Source: a virus. Taken from it: a stretch of 64,000 nt of DNA. The notes beneath the pieces are model-generated. The model made no database searches and was not told the DNA's origin. It saw nothing but the letters and a program-made list of their open reading frames with translations. Every line of letters begins with the position of its first letter. Position 1 is the first letter of the stretch. The stretch covers positions 1-64,000 of the IMG/VR virus record IMGVR_UViG_3300024346_000039, one strand, 5' to 3'. A program made the position numbers and the translations under genes. This document shows, piece by piece, positions 26,903-37,690 of this stretch.

Positions 26903-27288
26903 TGGCAACAAAAGTAACATTTCGCAAGGCCGAGTATGAATTTTTCTTTAACGAGCCTTCTGGAAAAGTTGGAAGATATTTGGCTCTTAGAGGAGGACTT
27001 ATTGTTCGTGCCGCTAAAGCCCAAGTTGGTGTAAGAACTGGTGCTCTAAGAGCGTCAATTCATATGCGCCACGCCCGTGATATTCGCGGTCAGTACATTA
27101 GAATTGGTTCGGCTATGAACTACGCACTCCTTCATCACGAAGGAAGCAAACCTCATATGATTAAGCCTGATAGGGCTCAAGTCTTGCGGTTTACGAGTCG
27201 TGGAAGAGTCATGTATGCCCATGCGGTCATGCATCCAGGAACCAAGCCTAACCGTTATTTAACAGATAACTTAGGGTTAATAAAATAA
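26902..27288 (+). CDS. HK97 gp10-like neck protein
   Basis: VRTGALRASI..YALLHHEG..HPGTKPNRYL. Confidence 0.75.
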   Translation: MATKVTFRKAEYEFFFNEPSGKVGRYLALRGGLIVRAAKAQVGVRTGALRASIHMRHARDIRGQYIRIGSAMNYALLHHEGSKPHMIKPDRAQVLRFTSRGRVMYAHAVMHPGTKPNRYLTDNLGLIK

Positions 27289-27340
27289 AAACGTTTACTG
27301 CAAAAGCAGAAACAAAAGACACAAGTGAAGGAAGAAAGAT

Positions 27341-27694
27341 ATGACGACAGCACGATTTAAAGATTTTGGTTCGGGTGGAGAAACTAACCTTGAACCGTTG
27401 TCTTTTAAGATTCATGGAGAAGAGTTCCATTGCTATCCAAATATTCAAGGTAAGACTCTCTTGGATATGGTTTCGCAATCAATGCAGGAAGATACTGCAA
27501 TGGCAATAGAAGTCCTTACTACTTTCTTTGATAAGACTCTAAAACCACAAAGTAAAGATGCATTTAATGCACTTATTAATGACCCAGAACGAATTGTCAC
27601 GGTTGAAGCCCTTGGTGAAATTGTTACTTGGTTGGTGGAGCAGTATTCCTCGCGCCCTACACAGGGGTCAGAGGACTCACAGAGTGGGCAGTAG
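27341..27694 (+). CDS. Tail assembly chaperone (G)
   Basis: Two genes before the tape measure; ends ..YSSRPTQ.. Confidence 0.75.
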   Translation: MTTARFKDFGSGGETNLEPLSFKIHGEEFHCYPNIQGKTLLDMVSQSMQEDTAMAIEVLTTFFDKTLKPQSKDAFNALINDPERIVTVEALGEIVTWLVEQYSSRPTQGSEDSQSGQ

Positions 27695-28083
27695 ACCTCT
27701 GGCCCTACGTTAATGGCAAAGCCCTTATGAGTGGCCTACACCTTACTTCAATGGAACTTAGTGAAATGTTAGACGTAATTCATTATCTTTTTGAAGAAGA
27801 CCTTATCCACGCACAAAGCGCTGAGCAAATAGATGCAAAAGAAAAAGTTAGAAGCATCATATATCGAGACTTTTATGGCCAAACTTACAAATACGGCACT
27901 AAAGGAACAGATTATAATATGTCTAACGAGGTTTTACAAGATGGCCTTGTTGGAGACGAAGAAGACGAACTGAAGCCTTTTGACCCTACAAAGGCTCCCA
28001 TTAAGCCTTACTTTGCCCCAACAAATCCTGACGAAAAATCTGCCAAACCTTTTGGTATGAATATTGATGCCCCGCTGGGCTGA
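27655..28083 (+). CDS. Tail assembly chaperone extension (T), -1 frame; likely made as a G-T frameshift fusion
   Basis: Overlapping ORF 27628..28083 in the -1 frame with no good RBS; candidate slip at CGC-CCT-AC. Confidence 0.6.
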   Translation, partial: PYTGVRGLTEWAVDLWPYVNGKALMSGLHLTSMELSEMLDVIHYLFEEDLIHAQSAEQIDAKEKVRSIIYRDFYGQTYKYGTKGTDYNMSNEVLQDGLVGDEEDELKPFDPTKAPIKPYFAPTNPDEKSAKPFGMNIDAPLG

Positions 28084-28105
28084 GTAGTAGATTGGTGGTG
28101 ATGGT

Positions 28106-31100
28106 GTGGCTGTAGTCGGTGATGCATATGTTGTTGTCCACGCCATCACTTCTGGCGTCAAAAAAGATATTGAACAAGGTTTTAAAGGCGTAGACCGTGT
28201 CGGCGAACAAGTTGGCAAAAGAATTGGTAAAAATTTAAATACTGGTCTAGCCCAGGCTATGACAAAAACCAATAGTTTTCTTACCCCTCAGTTGCAGAGA
28301 GAGTCTATTGCTGCTGCCGATGCATTTTCAAGTTTAACTCGTGCTGGATATGTTTTGGCTCCAGCAATTACAGCAGTTGTTGGTGCTATTGGAGCACTAG
28401 GTAACGGTCTTGTTTCATTAGTAGCGGTAACTTTGGCAGCGGGCCCAGCGTTTGCTGTTCTCACTAATGCTATGGCAGGTTTGATTGGGATATTAGCAAC
28501 TGTAAAAATTGCTTTTAATGGAGTAGCCCAAGCAATTAGTGCTGGCTTAAAAGCGCAAAAAAGTTCAGTAGCAAACACTAGACAAATTGCTAAAGCAGAA
28601 CTTGCTTTAAAAAGAGCAACAGAGGACCTAGCACGAGCATATAAAGATGCCGCTGCATCTAACCAAAAAGCCCTTCGTGACGAGGAGCAAGCACAGAAGG
28701 CACTTAACAAAGCCCGTGAAGAAGCAATGGAGCAACTGCAACAACTTGCATTTGACTCAGAAGATGCGGCAATTAATGAACAGAAGGCTGCCCTTGAATT
28801 AGAAAAGGCTCGTGAAACTCTTGCTCGTGTTTCAGACCTTCCACCAAACTCTCGTGCTCGTAAAGAAGCAGAACTTGCATTTGCACAGGCTGACCTTAAT
28901 TATCGCCGTGCTATTGATAAAAACAATGACCTTAAAAAGACTGAAGCAAAAAATGCTCAGATGGGTAATGGAACAATACAAGCCCAAATTGAGGGGCAAG
29001 ATAGTGTTATTTCTGCTCAAGAGGCTGCGGCAGAGGCATCTAGAAACGTTACACAAACAAGACTAGATAATGAAATAAAACTTACCCGTGCTACAGAAGA
29101 TTTAAAACAACAGACAGAGGACTTGGCTAACCTTAAGATGGGGCCAGGTTTTGATGCTTTCCAAGACGCTTTAAATAATCTTCCAAAATCTGCTCAAGAA
29201 TTTGTTAAATATATTGTTAGTCTTAAAGGTGCATTTAAAGACCTCCAAGAAGCAATCGGACAAGAACTTTTTCCTAAACTTGAAGAGGCTATAGACAAAC
29301 TTGTAACAAAACTTCTTCCACGCCTTAAGCCTCTTTTTGCTGAAACAGGCAGCGTTCTTGGAGATGTAGCAAATAAAATTGCTGACGTTCTCACGAGAGC
29401 AGACAATATAGAACGTATTGAAAGAATTTGGAAAACCAATAACGAAGCCCTAGGAATCTTTGGCGACACTATTGCCAACCTTATTGACTCGTTCTTACTT
29501 ATTGCAGACGCTGCTCGCCCCCTAGTTATTGAGTTTGCTAAGTGGACAAGAAACATTACTGGTGCGTGGAAGGCAACTCTTGAAGCAGACACTAAGTCTG
29601 GAAAACTTGCTGGAACCCTAGAGACAGCAGCAGAAGTTGTTCGCAGACTTGGAAAACTTTTCCGCGAGACTTTTGGTGCTATTGGAACTCTTATCAAGGC
29701 AAACGTGGGTCCTGGAAGCGGTGGATTTTTCCTTCTTGACTACCTAACAAATGCTGCAACAAAATTAAAAAACCTTACTGAAGTTGATGGTAAACCTCTT
29801 AAAGAATTCTTCCTTCAGGGTGCAATTAATGCTAGCAAGTTATTAGATATTCTTGGCGGTCTTTTAGGGGTTATTTTAAAAATTGGTGCAAGCGAAGGTA
29901 TGCAAGGATTTCTTGATGCCTTAAAAGGCGCTATGCCTGATGTTGAAGGAATTGGAACGTCTCTAAGTAATTCACTACCAGCATTTGGAAAGTTTATTGC
30001 AGAATTTATTAGATTTGTTAGAACAGTAACAGATAGCGGTTCCATAACAATCTTCTTTAACACTCTTAGAATTGCACTAAAAGGCATTACTGACTTCTTA
30101 AATACAGATTTTGGACAGGCACTTCTTAAAGGAGCAGCAGTAATATTGCCATTCCTTTTAGCCTTAAAAACAATTACTCAGGCTGGAAAGTTTTTTGGCG
30201 AAGTTATTTATGGAAACTACCTTAAGGTTGCAGGTATTTTAGATAAATTCCCTGGAATACTTACAAAAATGACCACAGCATTTAGAACTGCTACAAGTGC
30301 TCAAGCGCTGTGGGGAGCAACTATGGCTGCCATCTCAAGCCCTGTAGTTATTGTTGTTGCTGCAATTGCAGCACTAATTGCAATTTTTGTTATGGCATAT
30401 AAAGAGAGCGAGATTCTTAGAACAGCAGTTTCTGCTTTTGGTCAAGTTCTAAAAGATATTTTTAAAGGCGCTCTTGAAGAAGTAAATACTGCTCTTAAGG
30501 CTTTGTTCCCAGGATTAGAGGGCGTCAAAGGTCTCTTTAAGGGCATAGGCGATGTAATTGGTTTGGTAATTATGCCTATCATCTCACTGCTTGTTGGACG
30601 TTTAGTGGGTGTTTTAGTTGGTGCGCTGACTAGTGTTATTTATAAATTAGCAGCATTTAAAGATGGCTTTATGACTGTATTTAATCTTATAAAAGGAATT
30701 GTACTTTCCGTAACTGCACTCTTTACTGGCGAGTGGGATAAAGCATTTAAAGCCTTTGGAGACTCTGGCCGTAGTTTTGTTAATATGTTTAAAAACATAA
30801 TTAAAAGTATCATTTCACCATTTGTTTCAGCATTAAATGGAATTATTAATGCATGGAACAGTCTTTCTAAAAACTTTAAAGTTAAAATTCCTGACTGGGT
30901 GCCTGGATTTGGAGGAAAAGAGTTTTCATTTCCTCCTATCCCTGGCCCTATTAACTTAGCAAATTTTGCAAAGGGAGGAATTGCCTATCCTCAAGCAGGT
31001 GGAATCATTGCTCGTGTAGCAGAAGCAGGTCGCCCAGAACGTATTGAGCCTCTTGACCCAGACGGGCTATCAAAGCGCGATAAAGCAATGATTGACTATA

Positions 31101-31222
31101 TGGGCGGTGCTGGTAAGGGTGTAACTATTGTTGTAAATCCTTCTGCTGGTATGGATGAACGTGAACTTGCAGCAATTGTTTCTCGTCAACTTTCATATGC
31201 AATGCGTAAGGGAGCAGCATAA
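28106..31222 (+). CDS. Tape measure protein (1038 aa)
   Basis: MAVVGDAYVVV N-terminus, long helical Ala/Leu-rich repeats, C-terminal FAKGG..VAEAGRPE. Confidence 0.9.
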   Translation: MAVVGDAYVVVHAITSGVKKDIEQGFKGVDRVGEQVGKRIGKNLNTGLAQAMTKTNSFLTPQLQRESIAAADAFSSLTRAGYVLAPAITAVVGAIGALGNGLVSLVAVTLAAGPAFAVLTNAMAGLIGILATVKIAFNGVAQAISAGLKAQKSSVANTRQIAKAELALKRATEDLARAYKDAAASNQKALRDEEQAQKALNKAREEAMEQLQQLAFDSEDAAINEQKAALELEKARETLARVSDLPPNSRARKEAELAFAQADLNYRRAIDKNNDLKKTEAKNAQMGNGTIQAQIEGQDSVISAQEAAAEASRNVTQTRLDNEIKLTRATEDLKQQTEDLANLKMGPGFDAFQDALNNLPKSAQEFVKYIVSLKGAFKDLQEAIGQELFPKLEEAIDKLVTKLLPRLKPLFAETGSVLGDVANKIADVLTRADNIERIERIWKTNNEALGIFGDTIANLIDSFLLIADAARPLVIEFAKWTRNITGAWKATLEADTKSGKLAGTLETAAEVVRRLGKLFRETFGAIGTLIKANVGPGSGGFFLLDYLTNAATKLKNLTEVDGKPLKEFFLQGAINASKLLDILGGLLGVILKIGASEGMQGFLDALKGAMPDVEGIGTSLSNSLPAFGKFIAEFIRFVRTVTDSGSITIFFNTLRIALKGITDFLNTDFGQALLKGAAVILPFLLALKTITQAGKFFGEVIYGNYLKVAGILDKFPGILTKMTTAFRTATSAQALWGATMAAISSPVVIVVAAIAALIAIFVMAYKESEILRTAVSAFGQVLKDIFKGALEEVNTALKALFPGLEGVKGLFKGIGDVIGLVIMPIISLLVGRLVGVLVGALTSVIYKLAAFKDGFMTVFNLIKGIVLSVTALFTGEWDKAFKAFGDSGRSFVNMFKNIIKSIISPFVSALNGIINAWNSLSKNFKVKIPDWVPGFGGKEFSFPPIPGPINLANFAKGGIAYPQAGGIIARVAEAGRPERIEPLDPDGLSKRDKAMIDYMGGAGKGVTIVVNPSAGMDERELAAIVSRQLSYAMRKGAA

Positions 31223-32367
31223 TGGCACAACTTAATCAAGCACAGAAAAATAGAATTACCCAGCAAGCGCTGACGCCACTTCCAGAGCCGCACCTAACGG
31301 GCATGAAGTTGCAGGAAGACATTATCCTCAACGACTTTGTTTTTAATACAGTTGATGAGTATGGTGTGCTTTGGGTAATTACTGACATTAAAGGTTGGTG
31401 GAGCCCTCCAGCACCTGATATGCCAGACATTAAACGTGGTTGGGCTGATGGTTCTTACGATGTAAAAGGTCGCTACAACGCTCGTGATTTGACCCTAGAA
31501 GGCTCTATTCTGTGTACTGACCCGTCTTTAGCCGCGGAGGCAAGACGACGTTTAGTTGCTCAGATTAACTTAGTAAGGCAAGGAGGATGGTTAAAAACAA
31601 ATGAAAACCCGACTAAAGCATCTTGGGTTCGCCTTAGTGGAGAACCAAACTTTGAGACAGTCAATGCTCGCGGCAGAATTGATTTTTCCATCGGTCTTCG
31701 TTCTTCTGACCCTATAAAGTATTCTTGGAATGAACTTAATGAAGATGGTTACGATGTAGAAGAAATTCTTGCTAAATCAGCAAGTCCTGCAAGAAGTGGA
31801 AAGTCTGTTTTGACAAATCAAGGTGACTATCCTGTTACTGCTTATTTTAGAATTACTGGTCCAATTACTGGCCCTGGAATTATTCTTAACGAAACTAATG
31901 GAGAGTCCATTACTATTGTCGAGCCTTTACGAAGCATTGTTACTGGAACAATTATTTCTAAATCTATTACTGGTGGTGTTGTTACCCTAACTACATCTGC
32001 TCCTCATATACTGCAAGTAGGTGACTCGGTTGAAATGTTTAGCCTTGGAGCAGGAATAGACGGAGATAGATTTATTATTTCAAGAACAAGTAATACATTT
32101 ACTTTTATTGGAACTGCTGGAGACACTCTTAACGTAGTTTCAGTTTCTGGAACATACACTTTTGGACCAGATATTCTTGAGATTGACACATACAACCGAC
32201 AGACTTCACTTAATGGCGAATATTTTGGTGCCCGTATGAAGTTAGAGGTTTACAACGACTGGATTAATCTTGTTCCAGGAGAAAATACTATTAGTTTCTA
32301 CGACAATGGAAACGCCAACTCGACTGCTAAACTAACTGTGGAATATCGCTCTGGCTGGCTAGCGTAA
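31222..32367 (+). CDS. Distal tail (Dit)-like minor tail protein
   Basis: Follows the TMP; GWW.P..R.LTLEG..DP.KY..L.PGEN.I motifs. Confidence 0.75.
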   Translation: MAQLNQAQKNRITQQALTPLPEPHLTGMKLQEDIILNDFVFNTVDEYGVLWVITDIKGWWSPPAPDMPDIKRGWADGSYDVKGRYNARDLTLEGSILCTDPSLAAEARRRLVAQINLVRQGGWLKTNENPTKASWVRLSGEPNFETVNARGRIDFSIGLRSSDPIKYSWNELNEDGYDVEEILAKSASPARSGKSVLTNQGDYPVTAYFRITGPITGPGIILNETNGESITIVEPLRSIVTGTIISKSITGGVVTLTTSAPHILQVGDSVEMFSLGAGIDGDRFIISRTSNTFTFIGTAGDTLNVVSVSGTYTFGPDILEIDTYNRQTSLNGEYFGARMKLEVYNDWINLVPGENTISFYDNGNANSTAKLTVEYRSGWLA

Positions 32368-32394
32368 AACTAAACGACACGAGGAAAAGACGAA

Positions 32395-35394
32395 ATGGCA
32401 ATTAATTACTACGAGGTTACCCCGCCTGAATATCGCTATTACGTTGCCGATTTATTGACCAACGAAGTTATTGCAGAAATCCCTTTTACAGGTGTATCTT
32501 ATGAGCGTTCTTTAAGTAAGGCTGGTTCTTTTTCTGGAACTATTCCTCTTATCGAAGCAACAGCGCATTTAGAACTTTATGACAACACAATGCCTGGAAA
32601 GACTGCCCTTTATGTTCTTAGAGACGGCGTTTGTGTTTGGGGCGGAATTATCTGGGGACGTCAATATTCTCCAACAAACAAAACTTTAACTGTGGATGCA
32701 AATGAGTTTATAAGTTATTTATATAATCGTGCAGTATGGCAAACCCTTTACTACGGCTCCGAGCAATACTACTGCTCACGCTACGAAGCAAATGGCTCAG
32801 TTGCAACTGTTTATACCGAGGTAGACCACGGTTTTAAAGTAGGAGAAAAAGTAAGAGTTCGTAATTTAAATCCTGCTCTCAACGGGGATAGAACAATTAC
32901 AACTGTTCCATCTCCTGCAAGTTTTACTTTTGCTGTAAGCGGCGTAACCCTAGCCTCTAGTCCATCTACAACAGGACTTGCACGAACTATTGTTGACACA
33001 TATGACTTAGCCCGTGACTTAATAGGTTATATGAATGATGACTTTGCTAGCCTTGCTTTTGCTAATGAAGAAGTAAAACCAGCAAACGAGTTGCTCTACT
33101 CTCTTACCAATAAAGTCATGGCTTCGGGAGTTGCTACGCTCACTACAGCCCTGCCGCACGACCTTCTTCTTGGTCAACAAATACAACTAGTTGATGTTGA
33201 TGCCCTTCTTAACGGGTACCAAGTAATTACAGCAATACCATCAGCAACAACTTTTGTAGTTAAGCCCGCTGGAGTAACTTCAAGTTTTGCTAGCACTGCC
33301 CTAACTGCTTTAAGCACCTACGACATTACTTCTGCTCAGATACAGACAACAACTTTAAAAATTACAACAAAACAAGTTTTGAACAATGTTGCAACAATGA
33401 CGACCTCTGCTGCTCACGGGTTGGCTGTAGGCGATTCAGTAAATATAGATAACATTACAAATGTTATTAGTGTAAGTAAGACTGCTACAGCGGGAACTGC
33501 GGGGGCATCAACAATTACTATTTCTGGAAGTAACTCTGGAATTTTAGTTGGTATGGGTGTAACTGGTGCAGGGATTGGCGGAAATGCTACTGTTCAGTCA
33601 ATTAATGGTCTTACAATTACTTTGGGAGTGCCGAACGCTTCTACAGTAAGTGGAACTCTTACATTTTTTTATGAATCTATTTTAAACGGTCCTCAAAAAG
33701 TTATTGCTATTCCGTCAGCGACACAGTTTAGTTTTGCTAAAACATCTCGTGACGTAGCCTCGACTACTGTGACTAAAGTTGGTGAGCAAACTACCTACGC
33801 CTTTACAAACAGTAATAATCTTGCTTATGCCTCTACAATTCAAGGAGCCTCTGCCCCGACTAATAACCCAAATCTATACTTTATTCGTGGAAACACCTAC
33901 ACTCTTACTATCAACTCACCTGGCTACAACTTCTGGATTCAAAATCAAGGAGGAGGATATGCTGCTGGAAAAGTTTACTCCACTGGAGTAACCAATAACG
34001 GAACAGCAAGCGGAACAATTACCTTTACTGTCCCCCTCAGTGCGCCATCAACTCTCTACTACCAGGCACAGCAAACAAACAGTATGGGCGGAGTAATTAA
34101 CGTAACAGATTATGGCTCTGTCTCGTACAAGTCTGGAATTATTACTACTGCAAACAACCATGGCCTTACATCAGGTAGAAAAGTTGTTATTGAAAATGTT
34201 GGCGCAGAATACGATGGTGTCCAGACTGTTTCAAGTATTGTTGACACTAGAACTTTTAAATTTAACTCGACTTCAATAGTAAATGCCGAAGCCGAAGCGG
34301 TCTACGGTGGAACTGTTAAATGGGGCGCTAGAGCAGTTGCGGGCACATTCGGAGCATACTCTGGAAACTCTGATATTGGCATTGAAGTAACCGAAGAGTT
34401 AAGCGGTAAATATATTGGAGTATCTCAGCAAATATTTAGAGGCTCTGACTTAAGGTCTTTTGGTGAAATTCTTGAAGAGTTTTCTAAAGATGTAAACGGT
34501 TTTGAATATCGCATTGACTGTGATTTTGATAAAGATATTGGTAAGTTTTCTAGAGTTCTTACTTTTGTTCCATTTATTGCACCTCCAAATCAAATACCTG
34601 TGACTTACAAAGTTCTTGCCTCTAATGTGGCAACTTTGACTACAGCAACTGCTCACGGGCTAACTACTGGGCAAGAAATTGTAGTTAGTGATGTTGGAAC
34701 ATCTTTTGACGGGACTCAGGTGGTAACTGCCACACCGACTACAACTACATTTAGTTTTAGTGTGGTTAAGCCAGACATTCCTGGAAGTACTGCCGCTGGG
34801 TTTATTGGCTCAGTTCACCCAATTAGTGTTCTTGGTGCAGACCAATATGTGTTTGAGTATCCAGGAAATATTCTTGAGTTTGGTATTACTGAAACAGCAG
34901 AAAATTCTGCTGTGCGTATGTGGGTTGCTGGAAATAATGACGGTCTTGATAACAGCGCAAGTCAACCTTATGCGGCGGCTTCTTCTACAGATTTAATGGA
35001 CAAGGGTTGGCCACTTCTTGACCAAGTTGAAAGTAAAAATGATACTGAAACTACGGCTTTTGGAGAGAGTGCTCTCTACTCATATGCTAAAGATTTTGTT
35101 GACGAGGCTCGTCCGCCAGAGGGTAACTTTACTATTGCAATTAACGGCTCGATTGGGCCATATGTCGGGGACTTTTTGCCTGGGGATTGGTGCTCATTAA
35201 TTATTGACGATGAGTTTGTTCGTATGCGTCTTGCTAGCGACTTAGAGCCTAGAGGAGATGTTATTGTGCGTAAAATAGTTGGTTATAAAGTAAACGTCCC
35301 AGATGGAATTGCTTTTCCTGAAAAAGTTGACCTTGAACTTATCAGCGAATGGAAAGAAGACCGTCGAATTTCTGCATTAAAGATTACGGTATAG
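32395..35394 (+). CDS. Minor tail/hub protein with multiple inserted beta-repeat domains (999 aa)
   Basis: N-terminal DLLT..IAEIP..VSY.R.LS.AG.FSG..VWGGIIW; C-terminal FEYPGNI..GWPLLD..PGD; five TLTT..HGL..G repeats. Confidence 0.75.
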   Translation: MAINYYEVTPPEYRYYVADLLTNEVIAEIPFTGVSYERSLSKAGSFSGTIPLIEATAHLELYDNTMPGKTALYVLRDGVCVWGGIIWGRQYSPTNKTLTVDANEFISYLYNRAVWQTLYYGSEQYYCSRYEANGSVATVYTEVDHGFKVGEKVRVRNLNPALNGDRTITTVPSPASFTFAVSGVTLASSPSTTGLARTIVDTYDLARDLIGYMNDDFASLAFANEEVKPANELLYSLTNKVMASGVATLTTALPHDLLLGQQIQLVDVDALLNGYQVITAIPSATTFVVKPAGVTSSFASTALTALSTYDITSAQIQTTTLKITTKQVLNNVATMTTSAAHGLAVGDSVNIDNITNVISVSKTATAGTAGASTITISGSNSGILVGMGVTGAGIGGNATVQSINGLTITLGVPNASTVSGTLTFFYESILNGPQKVIAIPSATQFSFAKTSRDVASTTVTKVGEQTTYAFTNSNNLAYASTIQGASAPTNNPNLYFIRGNTYTLTINSPGYNFWIQNQGGGYAAGKVYSTGVTNNGTASGTITFTVPLSAPSTLYYQAQQTNSMGGVINVTDYGSVSYKSGIITTANNHGLTSGRKVVIENVGAEYDGVQTVSSIVDTRTFKFNSTSIVNAEAEAVYGGTVKWGARAVAGTFGAYSGNSDIGIEVTEELSGKYIGVSQQIFRGSDLRSFGEILEEFSKDVNGFEYRIDCDFDKDIGKFSRVLTFVPFIAPPNQIPVTYKVLASNVATLTTATAHGLTTGQEIVVSDVGTSFDGTQVVTATPTTTTFSFSVVKPDIPGSTAAGFIGSVHPISVLGADQYVFEYPGNILEFGITETAENSAVRMWVAGNNDGLDNSASQPYAAASSTDLMDKGWPLLDQVESKNDTETTAFGESALYSYAKDFVDEARPPEGNFTIAINGSIGPYVGDFLPGDWCSLIIDDEFVRMRLASDLEPRGDVIVRKIVGYKVNVPDGIAFPEKVDLELISEWKEDRRISALKITV

Positions 35395-35402
35395 GAGGAA
35401 TA

Positions 35403-37175
35403 ATGCCAAGTAGACGCCGCAGTGCTAATAAAAATATAGGTAATAATCTTTCTGATGTTCAACGCAGGATGCGAAACCTAGAGCGTCGTCCTGCTCGCAG
35501 CAAATTAGGTGCAAAATCAGTCACTACTGCTGCAATTGGTGCAGAGGTTATTACCCCTGAACAAGTTAACTTTGGAACAGTAGTTGTTGGTGCTCCTGGA
35601 GACATTACAGACCCTAAAGATGGTCAGTTAGTTATTAACCCCAACGATGGTTCAGTTTCGGTTTATAACGGAGACAATCAAGCATTTATTGATGTAGGAG
35701 ACCCAGCCGCTTTTGACCTTTCTGTAACAGCCTTTGCTGCTGCTAATGCTGCTGTTCAAACAGCAAATGGTAAAAACAAGGTTACATACTCTTTGGCTGT
35801 TCCTGGCACAACCGCAAATACTGCTGGAGATATTTGGTGGCAATACAACTCTTCTAACATAATTATTGGCCAGTGGACTGGTCTTGGCGGGACTTCTTGG
35901 CAAGCAAACACTATAGGAAATGCTGTAGTTGCAAACTTAGATGCAGGAAAAATTACTGCTGGTTTCCTCGATGCTGCTCGTATTAATACTGGAACTATTA
36001 CAGCAACAATGATTGCTTCTACAGCACTAGATGCCAAAACAATTACTGGTTCAACTATTAGAACAAGTGCTGGTCCTAACAGTAGAGTTATTTTTGATAC
36101 TAGTGGTATTAGAGCAATTAATGCTAGTGGAGTAACAACAGTAAATATTGCTAGCGATGGGTCAGCATCTTTTACTGGTGCTGTTAGTGCCTCTAGTTTT
36201 ACCGCAACAGGATTAGTTGACGGAGACGACCTTGCTAATAACTCTATTCTTAATAGACATATTTCTAGCCTAAGTGCAGATAAAATTAATGCTGGAACAA
36301 TTAATGCTAGCACAATTACTGTTACTAATTTAAATGCGTCTAATCTTACGGCTGGAACTATTACTAGCCGTGCTATCAATAATGGAAACGGAACTTTTTC
36401 TGTTACCGCTGGTGGTGCTATGACTTGTACGAGCGCAACTATTACTGGAACTATTAATGCTACTAGTGGCTATGTTGGGTCTGCAACAGATGGTTGGAGA
36501 TTTTCTTCTGGAGGAACTATTGCAAACGTTGGTAATTCAACTATTTTATATCCAAGTAGCGGATTTAGTCCGTATGCAATAATTACTGATAGAACAATTG
36601 CCGCTAATAGAGGTTTTCAAACAAACGGTTTAGGAATTCAAGGCGGTAACACTACAATAATCTCTCAAGGAAATTTGGGCCCTGGATTTATAAATACAGG
36701 TTCAGGTCCATCAGGAGTTGATTCAGCCTATGATTTAGGCACCACTAGTAACCGCTGGGGTGTAGCAAGAGCAGGTTCTTTTTTAACAACATCAGATGTT
36801 AGAACAAAAAATAACATACAAAATGCAAGTTTAGGTTTAAATTTTATTAAAAAACTTAGACCCGTATCTTTTCTTATAGATAGAGGTAGAGTTGATATTA
36901 CAGATGCAGTTAAAGATGAAGATGGAAATATAGACCCGGAAACTGTTGTAGTAGTTCCAGGAAGAAGAAGACACTACGGATTTATTGCTCAGGAAGTCAA
37001 AGAAGTTTTAGATGAATTAAGTTCTTCTCCTACTATGGATTTTGCTGGCTGGTCTCTTGCGGAAAAAGATGACCCTGACTCACAGCAAGCCTTGGCATAT
37101 GATGAATTTATTGCTCCCTTAGTTAAGGCAGTGCAAGAATTATCCGCTAGACTAGAAGCATTGGAAAACAAATGA
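35403..37175 (+). CDS. Tail fibre/spike with C-terminal intramolecular chaperone (peptidase S74-like)
   Basis: SDVRTK.NI..LGL.FI..LRPV..HYGFIAQEV..YDEFIAPLVKAVQEL; AGGAGG RBS before the ATG at 35403. Confidence 0.85.
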   Translation: MPSRRRSANKNIGNNLSDVQRRMRNLERRPARSKLGAKSVTTAAIGAEVITPEQVNFGTVVVGAPGDITDPKDGQLVINPNDGSVSVYNGDNQAFIDVGDPAAFDLSVTAFAAANAAVQTANGKNKVTYSLAVPGTTANTAGDIWWQYNSSNIIIGQWTGLGGTSWQANTIGNAVVANLDAGKITAGFLDAARINTGTITATMIASTALDAKTITGSTIRTSAGPNSRVIFDTSGIRAINASGVTTVNIASDGSASFTGAVSASSFTATGLVDGDDLANNSILNRHISSLSADKINAGTINASTITVTNLNASNLTAGTITSRAINNGNGTFSVTAGGAMTCTSATITGTINATSGYVGSATDGWRFSSGGTIANVGNSTILYPSSGFSPYAIITDRTIAANRGFQTNGLGIQGGNTTIISQGNLGPGFINTGSGPSGVDSAYDLGTTSNRWGVARAGSFLTTSDVRTKNNIQNASLGLNFIKKLRPVSFLIDRGRVDITDAVKDEDGNIDPETVVVVPGRRRHYGFIAQEVKEVLDELSSSPTMDFAGWSLAEKDDPDSQQALAYDEFIAPLVKAVQELSARLEALENK

Positions 37176-37199
37176 CAGTAATGACAAAAGGAGTTCGTA

Positions 37200-37670
37200 A
37201 TGTTTGAAGTTAAAGACGGCTCTAGAACCCTTCAATTTAAAGGTCGCTTACTAGGAGAGTCTTCGTCTTGGCGACGCGGCTCTACACGCTGGATTGAGTT
37301 TGAACTTTACAGAACAGAAAATGGTTCTTACATTCTTTCTCGTATTGGTGTATCTTTAGTTTTTCATGGTGCTGCTTGCCCCCTAGTTAAGCGATACGCG
37401 CTCACTGAAGAATCCTCTGACGTGCTTTCTAAAGACGCTATTCCTTGCGAAGAGTGTAATCCAGTTAGAACACTTCCAATCGTGTTCCCTGAAAAGTATC
37501 GCCACTGGGCGCAGGTAAGTGAAGACCCTCGTCCTGTTCTAGATGCTCTTTACAAATATGACCAAGGTGGTGCAAGATATCTTACTAACGTGGCGCAGAG
37601 ATTGTTAGAGCGTGCAGCAACCCTTGATGAGAGGATAGACTCGCTTTACCGCATTGAAATGATTCCGTAA
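37200..37670 (+). CDS. Hypothetical phage protein
   Basis: AAGGAG RBS; RW.EFELYRT..G.Y motif. Confidence 0.75.
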   Translation: MFEVKDGSRTLQFKGRLLGESSSWRRGSTRWIEFELYRTENGSYILSRIGVSLVFHGAACPLVKRYALTEESSDVLSKDAIPCEECNPVRTLPIVFPEKYRHWAQVSEDPRPVLDALYKYDQGGARYLTNVAQRLLERAATLDERIDSLYRIEMIP

Positions 37671-37690
37671 AACCAATAGAAGGAAACTAA

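Noticed and set aside
4946-36379. Many antisense and alternate-frame ORFs inside structural genes (e.g. 20950..21636, 35756..36379)
   Set aside because: Shadow ORFs caused by the codon bias of the real genes
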